This document shows positions 10,297 through 23,459 of a DNA stretch of 64,000 nt, piece by piece (the first letter of the stretch is position 1; each line of letters opens with the position of its first letter). Under the pieces are notes generated by a model that saw only the letters and a list, made by a program, of their open reading frames with translations, was not told the DNA's origin and did not search any database. The position numbers and the translations under genes were made by a program. This DNA comes from Podarcis gaigeae (taxonomy: Eukaryota). The stretch is taken from the NCBI GenBank assembly GCA_964106915.2, contig OZ066915.1; one strand, 5' to 3'.

Positions 10297-11281
10297 GTAT
10301 GAGCTCTTCCTTTTAGCATGTACAACTGATGATTGGGATGTTGTCACCAAATCCTACTAAGTGTAATGGTTAAGCATTTGAATTGTGAATTAAGACAACT
10401 CTTGTTCACCTTATCCATTAACTCTATAGGCCTACAATCCTCAACACACTTACTAAAGAGTAAGTTCCTCTGGATACAATGGAACTTATTCTGAGTAAAA
10501 GATTGATCAATATTGCCTTGTAGGTGACTATAGGAAAGCAATAGCAATTTACAATATGCAAACAGTAATGCTTATTTGAAATTTTTCAAGTTTTGATAAT
10601 ATTCTCAAAATGTTAATCTCTTTATTGCTGAAATAAATTGCTGAAGTGGACTGGTTGCTCTCTAAAAATGCCATTGTTACCATTCTCTGAGCTTTGTTCT
10701 AAATAAAACCACAAAGGAAAGTTGGGATACAAGCTTTTGTGATTACAGACATGGTTGCAATAAAACATTTTTGACTGGTCTCGTGGTCTGTTATAGAATA
10801 TGGCAGATGATTGTCTCCTATAACTCTCCAACAGTTGCATTTGGTAGTTCAACATTACTGAATAATAGAACATTTAAAATGACTTACTGACCTGCTTCAC
10901 ATGTCACACTGAGCCAAATCATGGCATAGTGCAAATGTGCAAACACTTGGAGAAGAGATCCCAGCCACTTCTCTCCCACCCAGTTTTGTTGCTTTGCTGA
11001 CCTATGCCATGGTTTGACCAGTGGTTTAGCTATCACCATAGGTTTTATCCAAGAATGAATGCAGGTTCAGATGGCTTAGCTCAACATTGCGCAGTAGCAA
11101 AGTGGCTGGGTTCCCTTGTCCAGGAGATTACACACTCCTGTGTTCACATTAAACCATGGTGTGACATGCAAACTAGTCCATTGTGGAAATGCAATAAAAA
11201 ACAGTGAAGCAATAATAACATTAGAGCAAAGCGGCTAAATGGGGTTGTTAAATTTATACAAAAAATGAATATCCTCTAGCA

Positions 11282-11658
11282 CAGTAGTGGGGAACTTCCA
11301 TCCCGTGGGCCTAATTAGTTATCTGATTTTGGCTTGTGGGCCATATTCGCAAACCACATCCACCTGGTAGTTACTCAGTGTCAAATGATGTCAGGTGCTG
11401 TGATCTGTTAAATCCAATTCAAGCACTTAGTTATAGGTAAGCCTCTGCTGCCACCTTGTACTCTCAAGGAGCAAGCACATAATAGCTCTAGTATTGGAGA
11501 TAAGCCTGTTCCTGCAGCCTGAGTTTAGTGTTGCCTGATGTCAGGTGATTGTCAGGTGGATGGATTCCCCCCCCCCCCAAATGTCTCAGAAGTGGCACCT
11601 TGGAGAGTGGGCCACTTCTGGATCCAGTCCTATGACTCAGTCTAGTTCCTCACCCCTG
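11282..11658. mobile_element. Old, degenerate hAT-like non-autonomous element
   Basis: CAGTAGTGGGGAACT...AGTTCCTCACCCCTG ends with a degenerate 8-bp TSD (CTCTAGCA/CTATACCA). Confidence 0.45.
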
Positions 11659-11820
11659 CTATACCAATAACACCTTTAGAAGGTTCAAAAGAGCATTTCA
11701 CCAATATTATTATTTATTCATAGATCAAGAACAGGGAACAAGATACAGGCAGAAAATGAGTGTATCTTTTTAGGCATTTTGGTGTAAGCTGCAGTTTTGA
11801 TTATTAGGGTTTTTCAAATA

Positions 11821-12046
11821 CAGTGGTACCTCGGGTTACATACGCTTCAGGTTACAGACTCCGCTAACCAAGAAATATTACCTTGGGTTAAGAACTTTGC
11901 TTCAGGATGAGAACAGAAATCGTGCTCCAATGGTGCGGCGGCAGCTGGAGGCCCCATTAGCTAAAGTGGTGTCTCAGGTTAAGAACAGTTTCAGGTTAAG
12001 AACGGACCTCCGGAATGAATTAAGTACTTAACCTGAGGTATCACTG
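11821..12046. mobile_element. Tigger/pogo-like MITE, family A copy 2
   Basis: TA-CAGTGGTACCTCGGG...GAGGTATCACTG-TA; same orientation as copy 1. Confidence 0.9.
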
Positions 12047-12157
12047 TACAGTATTTAGTTGGCTTTGGACTGCCACCTAGTGATGATTTAGTGTAGCATC
12101 ATTGAAGTGTATGTATTATGAATGAATGAACTCCTTTACAGGAAAATTTTTAAAACA

Positions 12158-12466
12158 CAATGGTGCCTCGCAAGACGAAAAGAATCCGTTCCGCGAGTCT
12201 CTTCGTCTTGCGGTTTTTTCATCTTGCGAAGCAAGCCCATTAGCGGATCAGCTGTTAAGCGGCTTAGCGGATCAGCTGATAAGCGGCTTAGCGGCTTGGG
12301 AAAAAGGGGGGGGAGGAAAAAAACCCCGCAGGAACTCGCAAGACATTTTCGTCTTGCGAAGCAAGCCCATAGGAAATTCGTTTTGCGAAGCACCTCCAAA
12401 ACGGAAAACCCTTTCGTCTAGCGGGTTTTCCGTCTTGCGAGGCATTCGTCTTGCGGGGCACCACTG
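12158..12466. mobile_element. Tigger-like MITE, family B copy 1
   Basis: CAATGGTGCCTCGCAAGACGAA...TTCGTCTTGCGGGGCACCACTG, with internal AAGCGGCTTAG and CGTCTTGCGA repeats; related copy at 41374. Confidence 0.85.
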
Positions 12467-12601
12467 CATTTCTATTTACCCAGGCATTTGGTGGCTGAAG
12501 GAAGGCCATGGCAACTTTGAAATTAGTAACTGTGAGGGTATATAATTTCTAGATGGCTTTTAAATTGTTTTGAATATGTTGTTATTTTATTTTAAATAGT
12601 G

Positions 12602-13215
12602 CAGTGGTACCATCGTTTAAGAACAGCCCAGTTTAAGAATGATTTGGTTTACAAACTCCGCAAAACCGGAAATAGTGTCTTGGTTTGAGAACTTTACCTT
12701 GGTCTAAGAATGGAATCTGAACAGTGGAAGGGTACCGGCCGCGGGAGGCCTCATTAGGGAAAGTGCGCCTCAGTTTAAGAATGGTTTTGGTTTAAAAACG
12801 AACTTCCGGAATGGATTAAGTTCATAAACCGAGGTAAAGGTAAAGGTACCCCTGCCCGTACGGGCCAGTCTTGCCAGACTCTGGGGTTGTGCGCCCATCT
12901 CACTCAAGAGGCCAGGGGCCAGCGCTGTCCGAAGACACTTCCGGGTCACGTGGCCAGCGTGACATCGCTGCTCTGACGAGCCAGAGCTGCACACGGAAAC
13001 GCCGTTTACCTTCCCGCTGGTAAGCGGTCCCTATTTATCTACTTGCACCCGGAGGTGCTTTCGAACTGCTAGGTTGGCAGGCGCTGGGACCGAGCAGCGG
13101 GAGCGCACCCCGCCGCGGGGATTCGAACCGCCGACCTTTCGATCGGCAAGCCCTAGGCGCTGAGGCTTTTACCCACAGCGCCTCCGCATCCCCGGAATAA
13201 ACCAAGGTACCACTG
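12602..13215. mobile_element. Tigger-like MITE, family C, interrupted by a Sauria SINE
   Basis: CAGTGGTACC...AAGGTACCACTG-TA; the SINE sits in the right TIR. Confidence 0.8.
12837..13196 (-). mobile_element. Sauria SINE (Squam1 type)
   Basis: tRNA-like head with a B-box (GGTTCGAATCCC on the minus strand) and an (ACCTTT)n tail. 13-bp TSD ATAAACC(G/A)AGGTA at 12824-12836 and 13197-13209. Confidence 0.9.
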
Positions 13216-13338
13216 TATTATTTTAACTTTTTGATGTTTACCAAACTGGGCTCCTTTAGAAAAGACGGCAGGGATAGAAATGCAATAAATAATAATAAAT
13301 GTTGACAAAAACTAATTTTGTCTAATATAAAGATGGAA

Positions 13339-13507
13339 CATATATGGAGAAAATAGAAACTGCCATATAGTGAGTCAGACTATTGATCCATCTAGCTTAA
13401 TATTGTCTGCACTGACAAGCAATAGCTTTCCATGGTTTCAGGGAGAGAGTCTTTCTCAGCCCTACCTGGAGATGCAGGGGATTGAACTTGGGACTTTCTG
13501 CATGTCC
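13339..13507 (-). mobile_element. Degenerate tRNA-derived SINE (Squam3-like)
   Basis: Minus strand ATGCAGAAAGTCCCAAGTTCAATCCCCTGCATCTCCAGGTAGGGCTG...; related to 18578-18772. Confidence 0.6.
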
Positions 13508-13572
13508 TGAGCCAAAGACGAATGATAAGAACGGTAGGCTTTGCCAACTGAGTGTGAAATAAGAGAGCAGAA

Positions 13573-13573
<1 letters not shown>

Positions 13574-13620
<47 letters not shown>

Positions 13621-13825
13621 TCCCACCCATCTGGCTGGGTTTCCCCAGCCACTCTGGGTGGCTTCCAGCAAAATATTAAAATACAGTAGTCCATCAAACA
13701 TTAAAAGCTTCCCTAAATAGGGCTGCCTTCAGATATCTTTTAAAATTGGGTAGTTGTTGTTCTTTTTGACATCTGGTGGGAGGGTGTTCCACAGGGCGGG
13801 TGACACTACCGAGAAGGCCCTCCCT
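13574..13825 (-). mobile_element. L2 LINE 3' end with (AAT)n tail
   Basis: Encodes ...NFKRYLKAALFREAFNV* on the minus strand and carries the conserved L2 3' motif. Confidence 0.8.
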
Positions 13826-14255
13826 GACTGATAGACTGCTTGAAGTATAGACTAATGAGCCAATGAGAGGAGCATTTGCTCTGGGGACATAGCACTGGCT
13901 AATTATGAGAGAGACTCCAGATCCCTGTTGGAACAAAATTAATTCTTGGTAGTTGGGAAGCTTAGGAAGGGGAATAAGGGGTGGAATGGTCTAGTATGCT
14001 CTGTCCTACCAGTTCCCCTGGTAAGAGAATTTTTAGGGATTCAAAAGAGGACATAAATCATTTGATTTAATAATATATTTCCACTTGCCTTTTAAAAAAG
14101 CAAATGGTACTCCTTTGCTTCTCAGGATAACTATTGACATGTTATTTTTTAAAGATACAGTGGTTTCACGCTAGGAATGTTAATGCTGTTTCCTTTTAAA
14201 ACAGCATTCTCAGATTGATTCCAGATTTTCCACTGGATATGCTTTTATCTTTCAG

Positions 14256-14306
14256 TTATATTGAACAATTATCAGGAACAGCCTCACCTTTTGGATCCAC
14301 ATTTAG
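14256..14306 (+). CDS. TBCD: TBCD coding exon 2
   Basis: tttcag|...|gtaagt, 51 nt; (V)ILNNYQEQPHLLDPHL. Confidence 0.95.
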
Positions 14307-15326
14307 GTAAGTTTTGTTGTGTTGTTTTTGAAGATTTTGATAGAATCTTAGAATACTGGTCAGCATGGACAACAGGTGTAGAAGCTTTGCTTTGTTTAAG
14401 TATGGGGAGGGGCAGATTCTCTTTGGTGAGAGTGTGTTGGATTTCACCACACTTCCCCCAGCAGCTTTATCATATTTAATCCTGCAGGCTTCCCTGAAAA
14501 GTGAGAAGCAGACTGGGGTAGTTTTGTGTTATTTCCCAGCTCACAGGTTTCTGTCCTGGAAAAGGAGAGTTCATCTTGGGGGAGCTTCTGAAAAGATGCA
14601 TATCTCCTGGGCAATTGAAAGCAGCCTACAGTTCTCTGGGGTGACCTCCTTATTTCTCAGGAAGTGCACCTGCAAAGTAAGAAATAGTGCATTACTCTCT
14701 TCTAGGCCTTTTCTGTCTTGCATTTCTTACCTTGCAGGTGCCTCTCCTGGGTTATACAATAGTTAGTCAAAATGGTTTGAGAGTGTGAGGTGCTGCAGTT
14801 GTTCTTATCTTGCTGACACATGAACTTTGAAATGAAGGAACTGCTGTCAGGTAAGACATATAGTAATAGTAAAATAAACTATATTACTACATTGCTAATA
14901 TATACTTAGCATATAGTACTATACAAATAATTTAGTATATTTAAACTGAAATGAGACAACAGAATATAGCAAGAGCATATTTGCCTTTAATGGGAGCTAT
15001 AGTAATCTCTTGCTGTCCTCTGGCCTTATGAAACCTAACCATTACATTTTGTAGAATCGTTCTTCCATATTTTATTAGACCGAAGGATATCTTAAATGCA
15101 TTTATCTTGATTTAAAGGAGGCTGTATTATGATAACTTTGCAAAAGGGAGACAAAGTTCCAGTGAATGATTCAGCAGTATGAGCCAATGACTGCAGATCA
15201 AGTCTCTGGCAAGTCTAGTGCCTTAGTCCCCTTGAAATAGATGAGCCAGGACTAAGGGGGGGAACCCTTGGCAGCTCCCCAATTATAATGTGTATGTCGC
15301 TCATTTTCTCACAAATATGTTCCTGA

Positions 15327-15533
<207 letters not shown>

Positions 15534-15778
15534 TAGAAATGGGATTCTCCACCCCAGGGGATATGTTTCAGTAAGCTCTAGAAATATTTGGTGTTTAATC
15601 TGGATTTGTTAATAATTTGGGTTCCACTTTCACAGTTTATTATCGGGAAGTCAGTACTTCATGTTTTCTGAACAAATGTTGGTAATAAGAATATTGTTTA
15701 CAAGCTTGTTGCTTGTAATACTACATATGCATAAATGACTCTAATTATGGGTTATTCCCCAGTTTTTTGCCTTGTGTA

Positions 15779-16133
15779 TAATAATAATAATAATTTATTT
15801 ATACCCCGCCCATCTGGCTGGGCCTCCCCAGCCACTCTGGGCGGCTTCCATAAAAACCAAAAATACAGCAAAATATCACACGTTAAAAACTTCCCTGAAC
15901 AGGGCTGCCTTAAGATGTCTTCTGAATGTCAGGTAGTTGTTTATCGCTTTGACATCTGCTGGAAGGGCGTTCCACAGGGTGGGCGCCACTACCGAGAAGG
16001 CCCTCTGCCTGGTTCCCTGTAGCTTTGCTTCTCGCAATGAGGGAACCGCCGGAAGGCCCTCGGCGCTGGACCTCAGCGTCCGGGCAGAATGATGGGGGTG
16101 GAGACGCTCCTTCAGGTATACTGGACCGAGGCC
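15779..16133 (-). mobile_element. L2 LINE 3' end
   Basis: GPVYLKERL...ARTLRSS...RAFSVVAPTLWNALP...FRRHLKAALFREVF* is an L2 ORF2 C-terminus; (AAT)n tail. Confidence 0.85.
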
Positions 16134-17897
16134 TGTATTAGACTGTGAAATACAGAAAGACGAGCTTGTGACTGTTGGCACAGGGAAGTGCAAACAGGAA
16201 AAGAAAGGAAATGAGACAATGAAGAATGGAATGGACATTGCTTGCCATAGTCCTAAAATGGTTCCCTATTCTTTTATGAAAGCAGTTGCTATAAATTCTC
16301 AGCACAGCATGACTGATTTGTTAATATCAAATAGTCATACTATCTTTGTTCTGCTGTAATGGCAGAATGCTAACCACTAATTGTTCTGATTTTTTCCCCT
16401 CCCCTTGATCTATGTGCCTGACAAAACAAAAAATAGTGTGAGATTACAGATAATTTTATGTTTTGTTGATCATATGTTTATACATTCTCAAGGGCTCTGG
16501 GTTTCCAAAAGTCTAGGTTGGGGCCCCACTGGGATTTCCGATGGAGAGAAACTAAATGGCAAGTCCTTGATTGCTACAATCCTTTTTACCTTTTAGAAAA
16601 CAAAGTGGTACAGAGAAGGTGTTGGTTGGAGTTAGGGAGGGAAGAGGTGGTAACAGGATGACTGTGAAATAGTTTTGGGGAGTATGTAGGAGCTTGGTAG
16701 GTACCGTAATACCTAATGAAACTGATTTCTTAATGATTGTGAGCTACTGCCATCAATCAGAAATAAGCCATTGTTTTGCAATCCAGTTTCTGGTGTTCCA
16801 GCAAAGAGAAACATGCAGAGTTACTTGTCTTGTACAAGTGCTGCAACCATCACAGGCTGGTATTTTTAAGAACATGGCTTCGTGGTGGAAAAACATACGG
16901 AGGAAAATGTGGATATTGATTGCTGTTGAGGACTTTTCCTGCTACCCTTGTTACAGTGATACTTAGGTATTATACTTTACCAAGCTCAAATTAAAGTCAC
17001 ATAGCTTAAGTGGCCAAAGAGATCCCAGTATCTACCAGCTACTGATTGAGGGGCACATAAATGGCAGGCATGAGAGACAGAAGAACTAGAAACAGAACAT
17101 GCTTCTAAAAAATTATTATTATTATTTATTATTATTATTATTAATAGAGCGGCTATACTAGAAGCTGAATGGCTGTGATCCAGACAGCATACCATGTGTT
17201 GTCTACACATCTCATCACGCCCTCTCAGTTTCCACAAGTGCTCATAAATCACTCTTTATATGCCTCTCAGTATACAAAAAACGTTTTGGGATTTGATGCA
17301 AGATCTCTTTTTACAGGGAATGTTGCTAGTGTGGGTTTCTGTTTTCCAGAATGGTTTGCTGCCAAGTCTCATTGCCACAGATGCTGTTCCTCTGCACTCT
17401 TCCTGCATCTGTGGGGCCTGATGGCGTCAATTATGGGGGTGGATTTTGCCAGGGGACGGGGGACAGACCATTTGCTATCTCTTTTGTCTTCCTTGATGTT
17501 ATCTTAGCATCCTCTTACTTTGTTTTCATTGTTACAGAGGTGGTAATCCTTTGATTTGCACCACTTCGGATGCAGGTGCCAGCTTACACAGACGACTAGT
17601 ATATTAATTAGGAAGAATCGTTTTAGCCTAGCCTTCTCCATGATATGATAATTTTTTGTAGGAATGTTGATTCATGGAAGATTACCCTATTGTGTGAATC
17701 CCTATCCGCAGCCCAAAATGGTGTTGTCTAGACACAAGTTGACCACTTCAGTGAAAACTAGGCCTAGTATACCATAAATTAAACCTGGTACCTCAGGGGG
17801 GTTTTTGGGGGGGAGGGGGGAATACTGCACAACCTCATTTTTATAGTACTATAACTGGAAATGAATTATTTACTTAAGAAACTCTTTTTTTTGCTAG

Positions 17898-18101
<204 letters not shown>

Positions 18102-18577
18102 TAGACCAGGAACGGGGAAGCTTTTTCTCCCCACCTCAAAGGCTAACTTTGAATTACATGAGGTAATTAGGATGCTACATGACTGATAAGCGGGTTGTCC
18201 CGCTCACCTGCCCAAATCCCCACATCAGAGGTTGAAAGGGGCAGTGTGAGAAGGGTTGCACAAGGCAGGCATTTCAACTTTTTGTGATCCTTCTCCTTTC
18301 CACTATCCCCACTGACATCAGGCGTGCAGAAGACTGCCATTTCACCCACACCCACCCCTCACCAAAACCTCTGTATGTAAATGAAAGAGACTGATAGGGG
18401 AATGCTATTAAAATTTACAATGCTTGTATCAAATGTTAATCCTACTCCGGAGAGAACAACTGAAAGTAATAAACGTGACTTAGATCCATGCATTTCAGTG
18501 GGTCTACTCTGAGTTGGACTAGCACATTGCCAGTTTCATGTGGAACATGTGCAAATATGATTGCATGTGTGCTGGAT

Positions 18578-18772
18578 GGGGCCATAGCTTAGTAGTGGAG
18601 CTCATACATTGTATGCAGAAGCTCCTAGTTTCAGCTCCTAGCATTTTCAGGTAAGGCTTGGAAGGAACCCCATCTGAAACCTTGGGCGAATTGCTGCCAG
18701 TCCATGTGGTTTACACTAAATGGAAGGAGGGGGGCAGTGGTCTGTTTTGCTAAAAGACAGCTTTGTATGTTC
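18578..18772 (+). mobile_element. Degenerate tRNA-derived SINE (Squam3-like)
   Basis: GGGGCCATAGCTTAGTAG A-box-like head, with a body related to 13339-13507. Confidence 0.6.
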
Positions 18773-19346
18773 ACAGGTGTGCTTTCACTCACACCGTTTT
18801 GAAACTGCTGTCATATCTGCATGCTTTATATACCCTTTTAGCAAGAGTTGTTGCTTACCTTGTATTCTTAGGAGGCAATTGCATTCTCACTTATTTTTTA
18901 AAGGTCCAGGGAACTGCACTTTGAAAATTTCAAGCTGTTATCTTGATAAAAAGATATGGGAATGAGCAAACTACTTCTGGAGCGTTCAATCTATGAGCTT
19001 TTTCAAAATAATGAAATTCCTATCTTATGTTTGCACATGTCTTCAGGAGCCATGATTTGTTTAGCAGGGTTCATGAAGTTGGGGCTTAGGCTTGTGTGTG
19101 AATAAAGTATTCTAGCTGAACCATGTTCCATTTAAATTTGTGTAACTGTCCTTCCATAGTCAATTAAAACTAAATCTTGGAGGTCCTTTTTCATTCCTAC
19201 ATCTTTCCTATTTTTTGTAATACTGGTCTACATTTTGCATATGGAGATGGTTTTCGCAAGTGTGTGCTGCAAACTTTCTGGGGGCACAAACTATTTTTAA
19301 AAACTACCTTTATGATAAATATATTTTTTTCTCTGTGTTTCATTAG

Positions 19347-19688
<342 letters not shown>

Positions 19689-19819
19689 TGAGTATCTCAT
19701 CTGTCAAATGGTAAAACAATAACTTGTATTATTATTTATTTATTACATTTTTACAGTGCCCTTCAACTGAGGATCACAGGGCAGTTTAGAATATAAAAAC
19801 ACAAAAATACATAACATAT

Positions 19820-20006
19820 CATTTACAAATAAATTAAACAGTGCAGGAGCTAGGATACAACCTTGCTTAACTTCCTTTGTAGCTGGTACGGATCCTGTGA
19901 GCTGCCCATTTGTAGAGCAGTGCACCTTCAGCACAGTGCTTTTATATAGATGTTTAATCAAGAACAATAATCTTTTATCTGTACTGGAAGAGTTACACTT
20001 ATCAGA
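19820..20006 (-). mobile_element. Internal reverse-transcriptase fragment of an RTE-like LINE
   Basis: DKRLLFLIKHLYKSTVLKV...KEVKQGCILAPALFNLFVND; flanked by the direct repeat ACATAACATAT (19809-19819, 20007-20017). Confidence 0.75.
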
Positions 20007-20467
20007 ACATAACATATAAAAATATATTTTAAACAAAACAAGATACTTTCCAAAAATACCCCAATTTAAAAATACAGTATAAATTCCTCATAATGTTGTT
20101 TATATTAAGAAAATGTGTAGTTGGAATCTTATTCATCTGTAAACTTGAATTCTTGTGAATATATTATATTTATTGTGAATTTATTATATTTATTAAATAT
20201 ACCAGTATTTAATTTTCACTTTGAATAAGATGAAACTGAGGGTGTTTGCAAAAGGGCTTCCAACAGCCCTATACTGCACTTTGAAGTCCCAACCATTTGC
20301 ACTTCAGTTAACTCTCTGTATGAAGTCCATACTTTTATATCCCTTCTGTAGTTTGTCCCCGTTCTGACTTGCATAGATACTTAGGTGAAGTGTTTGCATA
20401 CAAACATTGTGCACATTTGGTTTTAATGTTGCAAACTCCTCTAACTCAATTTTGTTTTTGTTTTTAG

Positions 20468-20523
20468 TCCTATTTGATTGTAAGTGACAAAGCTCGAGAT
20501 TCAGCTGCAGTTTTGGTCTCAAA
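20468..20523 (+). CDS. TBCD: TBCD coding exon 6
   Basis: tttttag|TCC...AA|gtaagt, 56 nt; SYLIVSDKARDSAAVLVS(K). Confidence 0.96.
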
Positions 20524-21509
20524 GTAAGTCACTTAAGCTTATATTGACAGAAAATGTACTGTCTCATTACTGTTGGTGTATGTACAAGAATATCCTCACT
20601 GCCTAATGGGAGGACTCCTGTTCAGGGTTCTAGCTAGCCATGCTCTCACCCCACGACATATAAGCTGTAATAAGCTCAAGCAGTTCAGTTGAAGCTAGCT
20701 TCCCACCAAACTTTCCATTTCTCTTTTTCAATGGACACTCAACGCTCATTGGTTCCTTGAAACCACTGAGCTATTCACACCGGGCCATGTGTGTGTGTGT
20801 CTCCTTTTTGTGTTATTTTGAAAAACGTTTTGTTCAGCTGAGCATCACTTGAACCTGCTAATACTTTCCTCTTGTTTCTTATGGCTGGAACCAAAACAAG
20901 GACACTATCAGCACTCAGCCACCTAAATTTGCAGTTTGTGGGGAACAAAATTACACATCTAAACTGAAGCCTCTTTGCATCCTGGGTCATTGAGAATTGC
21001 CTTCTTCTTTTCCCTGTCTGGAATAAATGGAGAGTTGCAATATTTCTGCCATAGGTGCTGACTTTAAGGAACCAATCTTTTTTTCACAGTATAATCTTAT
21101 GAAGTGATGCAACAATTTATAAGTGAAATGAGGGTTTCCTTATGTTAATGGTGTGCAAGCATATCCAGATATCTTCCACCACTTTTAAATACTGCCCCAA
21201 CATTTGTACAAAACATTTGTGATGAGATCCCCTCCCTCCACCTGCCCAGCACTGATTTGTCAAATGGACTTGTGAAATCCATGGTAAAAATTAAAAAGTT
21301 ATCATTCTGGCAATGTCTGGCGCCTATCACACTTCTTTAATGCTGGTTTTATGGTGGCAAAATTGTTTGGAAGTTAGAATTAACAATATTATCATTGGCT
21401 CTATTGTAAGAATGTGGTTATGGAATATCGCCTGTAGCAAAAGGCTTTTCAGGCGGCACAGAAAATGCATTGTATTATGAAACTGGCCTCAGAGCATTGG
21501 AGTAAAGTA

Positions 21510-22427
21510 CCGTATTTTTTGCACCATAACACTCACTTTTTTCCTCCTAGAAAGTAAGGGGAAATGTCTGTGCATGTTATGGAGCGAATGCCTACGGATG
21601 GCGGGGGGATCTGCTGCAGTCGTGAGCAGAGGATCCATGGTTCCCCTTCCTTCCCTCCTCCGTGGCTCGCTTTGAAACAGCAAAGCGGGAGAAGAGCCGC
21701 TGAGTGGGGAGGAGAGAGGGACAGAGAGCCTGCTTCTTTAAAGGAGCAAAGCGGGAGAGGAGAGGAGCCGCTTACATGAGTGTCCGGTTGGTTCATTTAA
21801 AGCAAGCAGGCTCTCTGTCCCTCTCTCCTCCCCACTCAGCTCGCTACATAGCAGCAAGGTTTTTCAGCTCGCTAAGCCGGGGATGAGCGGGGAGGAGGAA
21901 GAAAAGCAGAGCCTGCTTGCTTTAAAGGAACAAAGTGGGAGAGGAGAGGAGCCTTCTCCCCTTATACCCCTCTTCTTCATTATTAGCAGCATCCTTCTCC
22001 ACCCACCCCACGTGTGCTCCTTGTCCCTTGAGTGCTTTTCCTTCCCTCCCCACTTAAAACGTGGTTACAAAGCACGGATCCACATGGATCCTCAGGAGTT
22101 TTGCACTGGGTCACCCCAAATTCACCATCAGATCACATAGCATGTTCATGGCTATATCTTGCACCAAAAAAATCACACGCCCATTGTTGCCTGGGGCCGC
22201 AGTGGTGCAAAAACGTGGTTACAAAGCATGGATCCACATGGATCCTCAGGATTTTTGCATTGGGCTACTCCAAAGTCACTATCAGATCACATGTCCATGG
22301 CCACAGCATGAACCACAAAAATCATACATCCACTGTTTCGTTTAGAATATTTTTTTTTCTTGTTTTCCTCCTCTAAAAACTATGTGCGTGTTTTGGTCGG
22401 GTGCATGTTATAGAGTGAAAAATACGG
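21510..22427. mobile_element. Tc2-like non-autonomous element, second copy
   Basis: TA-CCGTATTTTTTGCACCATAAC...GTTATAGAGTGAAAAATACGG-TA; ends homologous to 562-1805. Confidence 0.85.
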
Positions 22428-23093
22428 TACATGTAGATTTCTAGTGACATCTAGTGGGAGTTCTAAGCAAACTGACTAACATTTTATTTTGGATTGGTCA
22501 ATGGTACATAGTGACAGATGAACCTTTTTGACAGCAGTGCATGTTGGTATATATCTTTGTTGTTTGTTTGTTTGTTTAAAAAATATCGCTATAAAGCACT
22601 TGTCATTCCAGTTCTGTTTTTGGTAAAAAAAGAAGTGGGGGCATATACCTTTCTTGATAAGAATGGTGGAAACTAATACTGTTGTTTTCTGCTAATATTA
22701 GCATGTAAGAAGAATAGAAGTTGTCTTCTGCTCCTAAGATTGTTCTGCTACCTTTCTGGTTATTTGCAGTTTTCCTTAGTGACCAAGTATTCACTCTGTC
22801 TCCTGATTTGCTTCTAGCTTTTCAGATAGTAGTAAGGCAAAACACACAACATATTATTCCCTTTATGTAAATAAAGTGTCCAACTCTAATTTTAAGACAA
22901 TTTGGCTGTTAACTGTGACAGTACAAATTGTTGAGCTATAAGCTTCTTTAGGAAAAGACAGGGTTATATTGCTGACAGTTGGAATGTTCCCATCCAAAAT
23001 ACGTTGGAAAGCATCCATTGGCCAGTTGCCTTTAGGAACAAAAAAACCAGTTTGTCTAACAGGAAAAATGAGTTACCAACTGAACTGCTGTGA

Positions 23094-23459
<366 letters not shown>

